Shown here in pieces: positions 29,508 to 38,750 of a stretch of DNA of 64,000 bases (the first letter of the stretch is position 1; each line of letters opens with the position of its first letter). The notes beneath the pieces were generated by a model, which was given only the letters and a program-made list of their open reading frames with translations, did no database searches and had not been told where the DNA came from. Origin of the DNA: an uncultured Candidatus Saccharibacteria bacterium. Its GTDB lineage: Bacteria; Patescibacteriota; Saccharimonadia; Saccharimonadales; UBA7683. The stretch lies in assembly GCA_964632215.1 (NCBI GenBank), contig CAZWBG010000001.1:174589-238588 (forward strand), written 5' to 3'. The position numbers and the translations under genes were made by a program.

Positions 29508-32500
29508 TACGCCTCCTCCTTTACCTCGAGCACAGTCGAGAGATCGTCATTATCATCATCCGTTGCATCATCGTCTTCATTTATCACTAGAGTAGTATCA
29601 ACTGGCGTATCGCTCTCGGCGATATCATCCATAAGTTTAAACTCGCTCGCCACCATTTCTTCGGTTACGTCTATTGGTGTTACATCTTGAGCAGTAACTG
29701 TTGGCATGTGCTGAGCCTCTTCAGCAACCGTTGCCTCTAGTACCTCTTCAGCGTCTACCTCAATTGCCATACCATCATCTTGCTTGTTGATAAGATCAAC
29801 TCGCAAGCTTAGACCCTGCAGTTCCTTCACAAGCACGTTAAAGCTTTCTGGAATCTTTGGCCCAACAATTGGCTCCTGCTTAATGATACTTTCGTAGGCT
29901 TTACTACGACCGTAGACATCATCAGACTTCAGTGTCAACATTTCTTGAAGAGTATTGGCAGCACCGTAAGCTTCAAGTGCCCATACTTCCATCTCTCCAA
30001 ATCGCTGACCACCATTTTGCGCTTTACCACCGAGCGGTTGTTGAGTAACCATCGTGTATGGCCCAATAGATCGCGCATGAATCTTATCTGCAACCATGTG
30101 ATGAAGCTTGATGATGTGCATAATACCAACTGACACACGTTCTTTAAAGTATTCACCAGTTCGTCCGTCAATAAGGTGCTGCTTACCATCCTCGGGTAAC
30201 CCAGCCTTACCGAGTTCAGCCTTAATCTTCTCGATGGTTATACCGTTGAAAGCAGGTGTTGCAACAATGTAGCCGAGTGCCTGAGCCGCCATACCAAGGT
30301 GAATCTCAAACAATTGACCGATATTCATACGGGAAGGGATACCAAGTGGGTTGAGTACGATATCAACAGGAGCTCCGTCTTCAGTAAATGGCATGTCTTC
30401 TTCTGGTACGATTCGAGCAACGACACCCTTGTTTCCGTGACGTCCAGCAAGCTTATCACCAACTGCAATCTTGCGCATTTGTGCTACGAAAACTTGAATC
30501 TGCATGAGAACACCAGCTTTAAGGTCGTGGCCATTTTCCCTTGAGAAAATCTTAACGCCCACAACTTTACCATGCTTACCATTACTCATGCGCTGAGATG
30601 TATCACGTACGTCTTTGGCTTTTTCACCAAAGATTGCACGTAGGAGTCGTTCTTCGCTTGAAAGCTCTTGCTCACCCTTAGGTGTAATTTTACCAACAAG
30701 GATATCACCAGTTTTAACTTCAGCACCAATACGAACTACGCCGTTCTCATCAAGGTGACGAAGGCTTTCTTCACTTACATTCGGAATATCACGAGTTACG
30801 ATCTCTGGACCCAATTTAGTCTCACGGACCTCAACCATATAGTCGGTGATATGGATACTTGTTAGTTCGTCATCTTCAACCAAGCGGCGTGAGATAACAA
30901 TTGAGTCTTCAAAGTTATATCCAGCCCATGGCATAAAGGCTACAGTAAGATCTTTACCAAGTGCCAATTCGCCGTTGTCTATACTCATACCTTCAATTAA
31001 GGTATCTCCGGCTTTTACTTTGTCACCAGTATTAACAACAACTTTTTGGTTCATAGAAGAACCTTCGTTGGTTCGTACAAAGTGCTGCAAAGGATACTTT
31101 CTTGTTTCCTTAGCGTATTTAACGATCACTTCATCGGCGTCAGCTTTTGTAATGATACCTTCGCCATCAGCGTAGATAATCTGACCACTGTTTTTAGCAA
31201 CGATTGACTCCATACCTGTAGCAATAACAGGGGTTTTAGTACGAATCAGTGGTACAGCCTGTTTTTGCTGATTAGAAGCAATAAGGGCACGACCTACGTT
31301 ATCTTTTTCTACAAAAGGAATCAGTGAAGCCGTTGAGCCCAAGATCTGGTTTCGAGCGGCATCCATATGAGTAATGGTGTCAGCATCTACCTCTTCTGGC
31401 TGAAGCTTCACACGAGCAGAAACACGTTCGTCAACAAATGCGCCATCTTTACTCAGCTCGATACCGGCAGAAGCAATCACTGCCTTCTTTTCTTCATCGG
31501 CATCGAGATATACGATATCTTTAGTAACCCTACCGTTCTTAACAACACGGTATGGTGATTCGATAAAACCGTAGTCGTTCACACGGGCATGTGAACCTAG
31601 GTTCAATACGAGGCCAATATTGGCACCTTCCGGAGTTTCCACCGCACAAAGACGACCGTAATGAGTGGCATGTGCATCACGAACCTCAAAACCAGCACGT
31701 TCGCGAGATAGACCGCCAGGGCCCATTGAGCTGAGACGTCGCTTGTGAGCAAGTTCAGAAAGTGGGTTTGTTTGGTCCATAAACTGTGAAAGCTGCGAGC
31801 TTGCAAAAAATTCACGAACAGCTGCCACAATTGGACGAGCATTAATAAGTTGATTCGGAGAAACATTCTCGATATCACTCATGCTCATGCGGTCTTTAGC
31901 GTTACGCTCCATACGAAGCAAACCAATTCGGAACTGACGCTGTACGAGTTCACCAACCAACTTCACACGTCGGTTTGCCAAGCTATCAATATCATCAGCT
32001 GGATCTTGTGTATTATTCAGACGAATAATCTCTTTTACAATTGCCACAAGGTCATCGAGCCGCATAACGCGATTTTCAGCAGTATTAGCAACATCGAGCT
32101 CTAAACGCTTATTCATCTTGTAACGTCCAACCCGAGAAAGATCAAAGCGTTTGAAGTTAAAGAAGACATTTTCAATTAAACTACGGGCGTTGTCAACAGT
32201 AGCCAAGTCGCCTGGTCGAATTCGGCGGTATACCTCAATAAGTGCATCACTACTGCCCTTACTCGGGTCTTTGTCGAGAGTTGCGTCAATATACTTAGTC
32301 TCACCAGTATCTACATCTTTAAAGAGTTCTTTAAGTTGTGCAGTTTGGCCATAACCAAGCGCGCGCAGCAGAGTAGTCACGGCAATCTTACGACGGCGAT
32401 CGATCTTTACGTAGATTGCGCCATTGGCAGCAGTCTCGAATTCAAGCCAAGCACCACGGCCGGGAATTAATTTAGCACCATACAAGTTATGATCACCGTG

Positions 32501-32947
32501 AGCCTCACCTGTAAAGAAGATGCCTGGGCTTCGAATAAGTTGACTGACAACAACGCGTTCAGCACCGTTAATTACAAAAGTACCCCGACTCGTCATCCAT
32601 GGGTAGTCACCAAGATAGATCTCTTGTTCTTTTACTTCACCAGTTACTTTGTTTGTGAGTTCAATATTTGCGTAAAGCGGAGCTTCAAAGCTTACATTGT
32701 TTTCTCGAGCGATAATTTCGCTCATTTTTGGATCACCAAAGCGATAATCTTTAAAACGTAGCTCTAGTTTGGTACCAGTATAGTCTTCGATCGGGTTAAT
32801 TTCAGCAAAAATTTCGCCGAGACTCTCCTGAACGAACTCCTGGAACGACTTAGTTTGATGTTCAATTAAATTCGGAAGCGCCAAAGCGTCGTCGTTACTT
32901 GTAAAATAGACGCGCTTGATACGCTTAGTAAGATCTGTCTGTGCCAT
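29507..32947 (-). CDS. rpoB: DNA-directed RNA polymerase beta subunit (with acidic C-terminal tail)
   Basis: Conserved beta-subunit blocks (GRHGNKGVV, FGEMEVWALEAYGA). 1146 aa. Confidence 0.99.
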   Translation of the reverse strand: MAQTDLTKRIKRVYFTSNDDALALPNLIEHQTKSFQEFVQESLGEIFAEINPIEDYTGTKLELRFKDYRFGDPKMSEIIARENNVSFEAPLYANIELTNKVTGEVKEQEIYLGDYPWMTSRGTFVINGAERVVVSQLIRSPGIFFTGEAHGDHNLYGAKLIPGRGAWLEFETAANGAIYVKIDRRRKIAVTTLLRALGYGQTAQLKELFKDVDTGETKYIDATLDKDPSKGSSDALIEVYRRIRPGDLATVDNARSLIENVFFNFKRFDLSRVGRYKMNKRLELDVANTAENRVMRLDDLVAIVKEIIRLNNTQDPADDIDSLANRRVKLVGELVQRQFRIGLLRMERNAKDRMSMSDIENVSPNQLINARPIVAAVREFFASSQLSQFMDQTNPLSELAHKRRLSSMGPGGLSRERAGFEVRDAHATHYGRLCAVETPEGANIGLVLNLGSHARVNDYGFIESPYRVVKNGRVTKDIVYLDADEEKKAVIASAGIELSKDGAFVDERVSARVKLQPEEVDADTITHMDAARNQILGSTASLIPFVEKDNVGRALIASNQQKQAVPLIRTKTPVIATGMESIVAKNSGQIIYADGEGIITKADADEVIVKYAKETRKYPLQHFVRTNEGSSMNQKVVVNTGDKVKAGDTLIEGMSIDNGELALGKDLTVAFMPWAGYNFEDSIVISRRLVEDDELTSIHITDYMVEVRETKLGPEIVTRDIPNVSEESLRHLDENGVVRIGAEVKTGDILVGKITPKGEQELSSEERLLRAIFGEKAKDVRDTSQRMSNGKHGKVVGVKIFSRENGHDLKAGVLMQIQVFVAQMRKIAVGDKLAGRHGNKGVVARIVPEEDMPFTEDGAPVDIVLNPLGIPSRMNIGQLFEIHLGMAAQALGYIVATPAFNGITIEKIKAELGKAGLPEDGKQHLIDGRTGEYFKERVSVGIMHIIKLHHMVADKIHARSIGPYTMVTQQPLGGKAQNGGQRFGEMEVWALEAYGAANTLQEMLTLKSDDVYGRSKAYESIIKQEPIVGPKIPESFNVLVKELQGLSLRVDLINKQDDGMAIEVDAEEVLEATVAEEAQHMPTVTAQDVTPIDVTEEMVASEFKLMDDIAESDTPVDTTLVINEDDDATDDDNDDLSTVLEVKEEA

Positions 32948-33014
32948 GGGCAGATAAGCTCCTTAAAGCGTTAAATTGTTGTTGAGACCACAAACGAAGT
33001 TACCCTAAGTTATT

Positions 33015-33045
33015 ATCTTTGCTCACGTGCACTAAGAGCAAAGAT
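33015..33045 (-). other. 10-bp hairpin in the rpoB 5' leader
   Basis: ATCTTTGCTC (33015-33024) pairs with GAGCAAAGAT (33036-33045) across an 11-nt loop. No U-tract. Confidence 0.3.
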
Positions 33046-33116
33046 TCACCTATACTACCTCTTGTATACCAGTGTGAGGCAAAAAAGTAAAAAAGTCAAG
33101 GATATGTGACCCTATT

Positions 33117-33755
33117 TTATAGAACGCTCCGTACAAATAATTGCCTTGGCATTTCTACGCTGTCGCCCACCTGCTTCGCGTAATTTATAGCTCCTCCAAG
33201 AGCTTTAAAACCAAGTTTTTGTGCAACATGAATACTTATTTCGTTTTCTGGTCGTATCAGAGTGATGATTTTATCCTTACCCTGACTTATGGCTCTGCAT
33301 GTTGCACGCGAAACCAAGTCGTGACCCACCTTGCTCGCGATTCCTTGATTCCGATACGGCCTATCTATCCAGCCCGCAATCACAATACCTTCTATGTCGG
33401 CTCCAGAACCATCTGCTACACGAAACGGATCTGCATCTGCGATAGTAGCAACACCAACGGCCATATTGCTCACTGCGCTAGGTGAACTATTTCCTGGAGT
33501 GAAATTGTGAGACGGAGATGGCAACGAGACATATTCTGTTCGTTTACGTACTGTAAAGGCCTCCATTTCAGTGCTATGCCGTGCCCGACGAATTGATCTT
33601 ACGGAAGTTAGAATGTCAGAATAACGAGCCTCTGCTTCAGGGAAGTCAACACTCAGTACATCTTGATTCTGCTTCACTAGTGCAGGTAACGTAGTTGCGT
33701 CTGTCCACGTATAAGGGCGTAGTAAGTACTCGCTACGTGAGGTATCTCTTATCAT
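33117..33755 (-). CDS. GNAT-family N-acetyltransferase
   Basis: Acetyl-CoA motif A-like YRNQGIASKVGHDLVSRA and C-terminal NEISIHVAQKLGF. Confidence 0.7.
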   Translation of the reverse strand: MIRDTSRSEYLLRPYTWTDATTLPALVKQNQDVLSVDFPEAEARYSDILTSVRSIRRARHSTEMEAFTVRKRTEYVSLPSPSHNFTPGNSSPSAVSNMAVGVATIADADPFRVADGSGADIEGIVIAGWIDRPYRNQGIASKVGHDLVSRATCRAISQGKDKIITLIRPENEISIHVAQKLGFKALGGAINYAKQVGDSVEMPRQLFVRSVL

Positions 33756-33797
33756 GCTACTAGGTATACCACATACTACTTTCGTTATACAAAAGCG

Positions 33798-34382
33798 TTA
33801 TTTAGTGGATTTGGTGATAATTTTATCTACCAAGCCGTAATCAACTGATTCTTTAGCAGTCATCCAGTAGTCACGGTCAACGTCTCTTTCGATCTTTTTT
33901 AGTGTTTGCCCAGTATTTTTAGCTAGTATTTCATTTAAGTGATGCTTTAGAGCCAGGCCTTCTTTCAAATCAATCTCCATATCGGTAATTCTACCCTGTG
34001 TACCAGAAGAAGGTTGATGAATCATCGTCTTGCTGTTGGGCAGTACGAAGCGCTTGCCCTTGGCACCCGAGCTCAGTAAAAAGGCTCCCATACTGGCCTG
34101 CAAACCAATGCCAATTGTTTGCACGTCGCATGAAAGATACTGCATAGTGTCATAGATTGCCAAGCCGTCATATACATGACCGCCAGGGCTATTAATATAA
34201 AAGTAAATATCTTTTTTGGCATCATCGCTTTGTAAGAAAAGTAGCTGCGCCACGATTAAACCAGCGGTATGCTCGTTTACTTCGTCATGCAAAAAGATAA
34301 TGCGGTCACGTAGCAGACGGCTATAGATGTCGAAGGCGCGTTCTCCTTGTCCGGATGGTTCAATAACGGTTGGTACTAACAT
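33798..34382 (-). CDS. clpP: ATP-dependent Clp protease proteolytic subunit
   Basis: [18 protein letters not shown], active-site [11 protein letters not shown] and MIHQP. Confidence 0.97.
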   Translation of the reverse strand: MLVPTVIEPSGQGERAFDIYSRLLRDRIIFLHDEVNEHTAGLIVAQLLFLQSDDAKKDIYFYINSPGGHVYDGLAIYDTMQYLSCDVQTIGIGLQASMGAFLLSSGAKGKRFVLPNSKTMIHQPSSGTQGRITDMEIDLKEGLALKHHLNEILAKNTGQTLKKIERDVDRDYWMTAKESVDYGLVDKIITKSTK

Positions 34383-34400
34383 GACCTTAGTGTAGTACGA

Positions 34401-34427
34401 TTAGCAGTCCTGCGTCAAGAGTGCTAA
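34401..34427 (-). promoter_or_regulatory. CIRCE-like HrcA operator overlapping the clpP promoter
   Basis: TTAGCAGTC-N9-GAGTGCTAA, which is 17 of 18 arm positions against the consensus TTAGCACTC-N9-GAGTGCTAA. On the minus strand the spacer begins with the -35-like TTGACG. Confidence 0.75.
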
Positions 34428-34434
34428 ATTAGAC

Positions 34435-34788
34435 TTAAGAAGCTTGCTGATGGGGCAAGTCAGTTGGTTTTGACATCACCGAAAGTGTAGTCTCGGAGGA
34501 GGTCTTAAGAAGCTCGGGCTGCTGTGAGTCATGACGTCTGAATGATGCAAGATACTGAGCTTCACTGGCTGCCACTGTTATAAATCCAATACCAGCTACT
34601 ATCAAACCAGGAACTGCAAGGTGCTGTTCGGGGCTCGCCGTAGGATCCACGTACATCATAACTCCTGTCAGAATACCTGTACCGCCATATGCGATTCGGT
34701 CCATGCATTGTTGTCTACGTTTCTCGTATCGCTCTACAACCGTAAGCTCTGGTTTTACCACTTTTGGCTTTCGGTGTAGATATTTCAT
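34435..34788 (-). CDS. Hypothetical membrane protein (117 aa) between tig and clpP
   Basis: Two hydrophobic segments (GILTGVMMYV, GLIVAGIGFITVAA). Confidence 0.5.
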   Translation of the reverse strand: MKYLHRKPKVVKPELTVVERYEKRRQQCMDRIAYGGTGILTGVMMYVDPTASPEQHLAVPGLIVAGIGFITVAASEAQYLASFRRHDSQQPELLKTSSETTLSVMSKPTDLPHQQAS

Positions 34789-34790
34789 GA

Positions 34791-36071
34791 TTAGTTTGTC
34801 GCGATTTGCAGAAGGCGGTCTACAGTTTTCTCGGTGAGAAGTCGTGAGACAACTTCTCGGCGCATTTCTGGCTGCTCAAACTCCCCAGCTGATTGCTGGT
34901 ACTGCTGCTTGTATAAGCTAATTCTACTCTCAAGCTCTTCTTGGCTAACCTGAAGTTTTTCTTTCTCAGCGATTTCAGCCAGCACGAGACCCACACCAAC
35001 TCGACGTTGAGCTTGGGGAAGAAGTTCTTTCTCCCTCCAACTCCCCTCGTTCTCGTAGCCTTCTTGCTTAAGATATTCGGCAAGTGTAATTCCTCGATAC
35101 GTCAGGTTCTGCTGAAAATCGTGCTCCAGCATTGCTACCTGATCAGTAATCAAAACCTCTGGTAGTGGCACAGTTGAGTTCTTAACAATTTCTTCAACAA
35201 TCTCGTCTTTAATCTTAGCCTCTGCCTCAGAAGTCTTTTGCTCAGTTAATTGTGCTTTAATATCCTTTTTAAGATCAGCCAATGTTTTAAATGGTCCTAC
35301 TGTCGTGGCAAAGGCGTCATCAGCTTTTGGCAAAACTGATTCTTGCACTTTTTTCACCTCAACCTTAAATGTGATCTTGGTACCTGCAAGATTTTTGGCA
35401 TGATAGTCTTTCGGAAAGGCAAGTTCTAACTCTTTTTTATCCCCTGCTCTGAGGCCAACAAGACCTTCTTCGAAGCCTGGTATAAAAGTCTTACTACCTA
35501 GCGTCAGTGCATAATCTGTACCGCTCGCGCCTGCCACTGCTTCGCCTTTTGTATTCTCACCAGTAAAGTCGACGACTACCTCGTCGCCCTTACTAGCCGT
35601 ACGAGTAACATCCTTCTTCGTGGCAACGCGAGTACGCAGGTTCGTAATAACATCGTCCACTTCTTTAGCTGGCACTGTTATGACAGAGATTTGCTTCTTA
35701 ATCTTTGTGTAATCGGCTAGCTTAATTATTGGCATAACGCCAATCTTGGCAGTAAATTCGAGCTCAGTATAAGGTGTATATTTACGAATTTCGATTTCAG
35801 GATTACCTAGCGGACGGAGTTCTTCTTTTGTCACAGCATCAGGGTAAGCTGCTTCAAGGGCGTCTTGTAGAATCTCGGCTTGTAACTGGTTGGCATCTAT
35901 CTGTTTTTCGGCTACTGCTAGTGGTGCTTTGCCTGGTCGAAAACCAGGAGCTTTAATAGTTTTAGCAAGCTTAGCCAAAGTCTTTTGCTTAACAGCCTGT
36001 AAAGCTTTTTCATCTACGGTAATAGTAAGTAGTACTTCTGTCTCGGAATTATTTTTTCGGGTTACATTCAT
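34791..36071 (-). CDS. tig: Trigger factor
   Basis: The N-terminal ribosome-binding region contains GFRPGKAP. The ORF-track start at 36080 is a TTG, and the ATG at 36071 (MNVTRK) is preferred. TGcGATAAT sits 8 nt upstream. Confidence 0.93.
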   Translation of the reverse strand: MNVTRKNNSETEVLLTITVDEKALQAVKQKTLAKLAKTIKAPGFRPGKAPLAVAEKQIDANQLQAEILQDALEAAYPDAVTKEELRPLGNPEIEIRKYTPYTELEFTAKIGVMPIIKLADYTKIKKQISVITVPAKEVDDVITNLRTRVATKKDVTRTASKGDEVVVDFTGENTKGEAVAGASGTDYALTLGSKTFIPGFEEGLVGLRAGDKKELELAFPKDYHAKNLAGTKITFKVEVKKVQESVLPKADDAFATTVGPFKTLADLKKDIKAQLTEQKTSEAEAKIKDEIVEEIVKNSTVPLPEVLITDQVAMLEHDFQQNLTYRGITLAEYLKQEGYENEGSWREKELLPQAQRRVGVGLVLAEIAEKEKLQVSQEELESRISLYKQQYQQSAGEFEQPEMRREVVSRLLTEKTVDRLLQIATN

Positions 36072-36136
36072 AACTGCCAATTATCGCACAACAGATCAAA
36101 AAATGCGAGCTTAACCATCATCTCGGTAAACTACGA

Positions 36137-37435
36137 TTAATTTTGCCGTAGGAGTTTAACGATCTGTTCAACCGACTCAACGTCTTCAGCCTGAGTCTCG
36201 ACATTACGTAGAATATACTTCTGATGCAAAACCTCCTCCTCACCGACTAGCAGTAGATAGGGCGCACCAAGCTTTAAGGCAGCCTTAATTTGTTTCTCGG
36301 GCTTGCGACTCGTTAGGTCTACGGCTACATTTACTCCACCTTCTCGAAGTTGGCGGGCTACTGCCTGAGCCTCTTTGAGAACATCACCAATCACCACAAT
36401 ATAAACCTGAGTGGCTGATTGTAAAGCAGGCAATAAATTGTGAGCTTCCAGGAAGTTTTCGGTGGTGGCGTCACCCATACCAAAGCCAACAGTTGGTACT
36501 GGGTCTACACCAAAAGCACCAACTAAGCCATCGTAACGACCGCCGCCAAAAATTGATCGATTATTTTCAGGATCTTTATCTGTTACCTCAAAGACAATAT
36601 CCGTATAATAATCGAATCCGCGCATGAGCGTAATATCAAACGTTGCTGAAGTGATTTCATGTTCTGCCAAGAGAGTAAAGAGTACCTGCACCTCTTTTAC
36701 GGCCTGACTATCGCGCAAACTCTCTGGCAAGTCAGCCAGTGATCGAGCCTTGAGTAACAGTGCTAGTTTCTCTAGGCCAACTCTTTGCTGGTCGTCCCTG
36801 AAAATCTGATTAGCCTGTTCAATAAAATCGGCAGTATCAAGTTTGTCTTTTTTATCAAACAATCGGATCATTTGCTTAGACTGAGCAGCATCAAGCTCTA
36901 GAAATTGACTCATAATTAGGTTGATGAGCTTGCGGCTATTGATCTTGATTTCAAACATTGACTCATCGGCACCAAATTCATGCATAATAGCGTCTGCCAT
37001 GCCGATAATTTCTAAATCAGCATCTACCGTAGCTACACCAAAAAGATCAACGTTAAGTTGCCAAAATTGACGATTACGGCCACGTTGAGGCCTTTCGTAG
37101 CGCCAACAGTCTGGAATAGAATACCAACGTAAAGGATAGGCTAGTTCCTGTCGTCGCGCCGCTACCATTCGTGAGACACTCGGAGTCATCTCGGGGCGCA
37201 AAACCACATTACGACCACCCCTATCTGTGAAGCTATATGTTTGTTCATTTACTATCTCGTCGCTCGTCTTGCTCGCAAACAACTCTAGCGGCTCTATAAG
37301 AGGTGCTGTGTAGGCTTCGTAGCCATATCGTTCACATACACGTTTCCAAGCGTTAAATATGTAGTCTTGCAGACGCTTGTCTTCCGGGTAGAAATCCCGA
37401 GCGCCCTTATAAGGTTGTGTTGATAATTGACTCAT
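36137..37435 (-). CDS. hisS: Histidine--tRNA ligase
   Basis: GARDFYPED and class II motif 2 WRYERPQRGRNRQFWQ. Confidence 0.95.
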   Translation of the reverse strand: MSQLSTQPYKGARDFYPEDKRLQDYIFNAWKRVCERYGYEAYTAPLIEPLELFASKTSDEIVNEQTYSFTDRGGRNVVLRPEMTPSVSRMVAARRQELAYPLRWYSIPDCWRYERPQRGRNRQFWQLNVDLFGVATVDADLEIIGMADAIMHEFGADESMFEIKINSRKLINLIMSQFLELDAAQSKQMIRLFDKKDKLDTADFIEQANQIFRDDQQRVGLEKLALLLKARSLADLPESLRDSQAVKEVQVLFTLLAEHEITSATFDITLMRGFDYYTDIVFEVTDKDPENNRSIFGGGRYDGLVGAFGVDPVPTVGFGMGDATTENFLEAHNLLPALQSATQVYIVVIGDVLKEAQAVARQLREGGVNVAVDLTSRKPEKQIKAALKLGAPYLLLVGEEEVLHQKYILRNVETQAEDVESVEQIVKLLRQN

Positions 37436-37513
37436 GATTTACTCCGATTATAGCTTAATTTCATTAATTCATCCTCATTCTTTTGCAGAAAGCTTAACAC
37501 ATGCGCTCGCTCA

Positions 37514-38053
37514 CTAGATACTACTCTCGATAGATACGCTTGAATAGGCTAGATCAAGTGCTTGTCTAGGATCTTTAGCAGGCATAAACTTATATCTCTT
37601 ACGGTCATCTAAATAGCTACCCGCAAGCCGTTGGCTCCACCCGCCAAAATTAGGCACAACGACAACTGGTATCCCAGCCTGATAGGCAACACATATTTCA
37701 TTAAGGGTACCCGAGCCTCCGGCAATTGCAATCAATACATCACAACTTAAGGCAAGCGCTGTTTCACGTCCACCACCACGTACCAACCCTGTTGCTACAA
37801 CAACAGTAGCCGCATCATCACTAAATAGACTCAGACCTTTTTCATAGGTGATAGCTAGTGTGTTACCACCCGCTGACTTGGCGGCAAATGCTGCAATAGT
37901 TGGCAGTGAATCACAGTCCTTCTCTGCACCGAATACCAATGTATCGTCACTTTCTGCAATAGCTTTACCTAATTCCTGAACAAAATCGACTGCTTCCCTT
38001 GAGTATTGAAGATCTGAACATGAACCAATGATTCCAATTTGTAAGTTTTTCAT
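37514..38053 (-). CDS. LOG/TIGR00725-like Rossmann-fold (SLOG superfamily) protein
   Basis: GGGRE and AGGSGTLNE motifs, resembling the PGGxGTxxE signature of LOG-family proteins. Confidence 0.65.
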   Translation of the reverse strand: MKNLQIGIIGSCSDLQYSREAVDFVQELGKAIAESDDTLVFGAEKDCDSLPTIAAFAAKSAGGNTLAITYEKGLSLFSDDAATVVVATGLVRGGGRETALALSCDVLIAIAGGSGTLNEICVAYQAGIPVVVVPNFGGWSQRLAGSYLDDRKRYKFMPAKDPRQALDLAYSSVSIESSI

Positions 38054-38096
38054 ACGTCTCCTAAAAATAGATTACTTAAAAAAATTAATTAAAAAC

Positions 38097-38162
38097 GCCC
38101 CGATTGTCGGAGCGTATTAAGAATCTTGAAGATATACCAAAAACTATCCGACAAAACGGGGC
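38097..38162 (-). terminator. Long interrupted hairpin plus U-tract about 40 nt upstream of the LOG-like gene start (attenuator or distal terminator)
   Basis: On the minus strand GCCCCG-UU-UUGUCGGA pairs with UCCGACAA-U-CGGGGC (6+8 bp). GUUUUUAAUUAAUUUUUUU follows. Confidence 0.5.
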
Positions 38163-38303
38163 AAAGTATGCACATGGTATTGGTTAGCTACATTTATGAT
38201 ATACATCTTAAAGCAGAGTATACCCTATAATTCGCTTCAACGCTACTTAGCAGCTCCTGCGCTCTATCTGTTATACTTAGCTGAAAATAATTTAAGGAGA
38301 TAT

Positions 38304-38588
38304 ATGGCTTCAGAAGACTTACAAAACCTCGCAAGTTGGCTCCAAGAAATTCTTAAAGAAGTGCAAGAGACCAGAGGTGCAACGCTTGAAATGAGAGATA
38401 AAGTTAACTTATTGCCAGAGATACGTGAAGCTACTGCTCGTGGTAGTCAAGATTCTGGTGATGCTGAACGCAAGATTGATGACACACGCAATCACCTAGA
38501 GTCAAAAATAGGTCAGCTCGAATCTACCATGAACGATATGCGCAGCACACTCAACGATATCCGAAACAAAGTAGACCGCCTCAAATAA
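38304..38588 (+). CDS. Hypothetical coiled-coil protein (94 aa)
   Basis: ATG at 38304 is preceded by AAGGAG (38294-38299). The ORF-track start at 38196 lacks an RBS. Heptad-like charged sequence. Confidence 0.6.
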   Translation: MASEDLQNLASWLQEILKEVQETRGATLEMRDKVNLLPEIREATARGSQDSGDAERKIDDTRNHLESKIGQLESTMNDMRSTLNDIRNKVDRLK

Positions 38589-38750
38589 ACAGGCGCTACG
38601 CTATTTGCTACTCCTGTTTGATGAAGATTCAAGCATTACGAGGCGGCGTAGAGCAAGTCTATTAAGAGTATGCCTTCTCGCCGTTTGGTACTGCCATCTT
38701 AAACGCATGGTGTAGCTTGGTAGACAATTAATCACATGCCCAGCTGCACT

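Noticed and set aside
38196-38303. The N-terminal 36 codons of the ORF-track model 38196-38588.
   Set aside because: No RBS precedes 38196. A strong AAGGAG lies 5 nt before the ATG at 38304, and the upstream part overlaps a -10-like TATAAT region.
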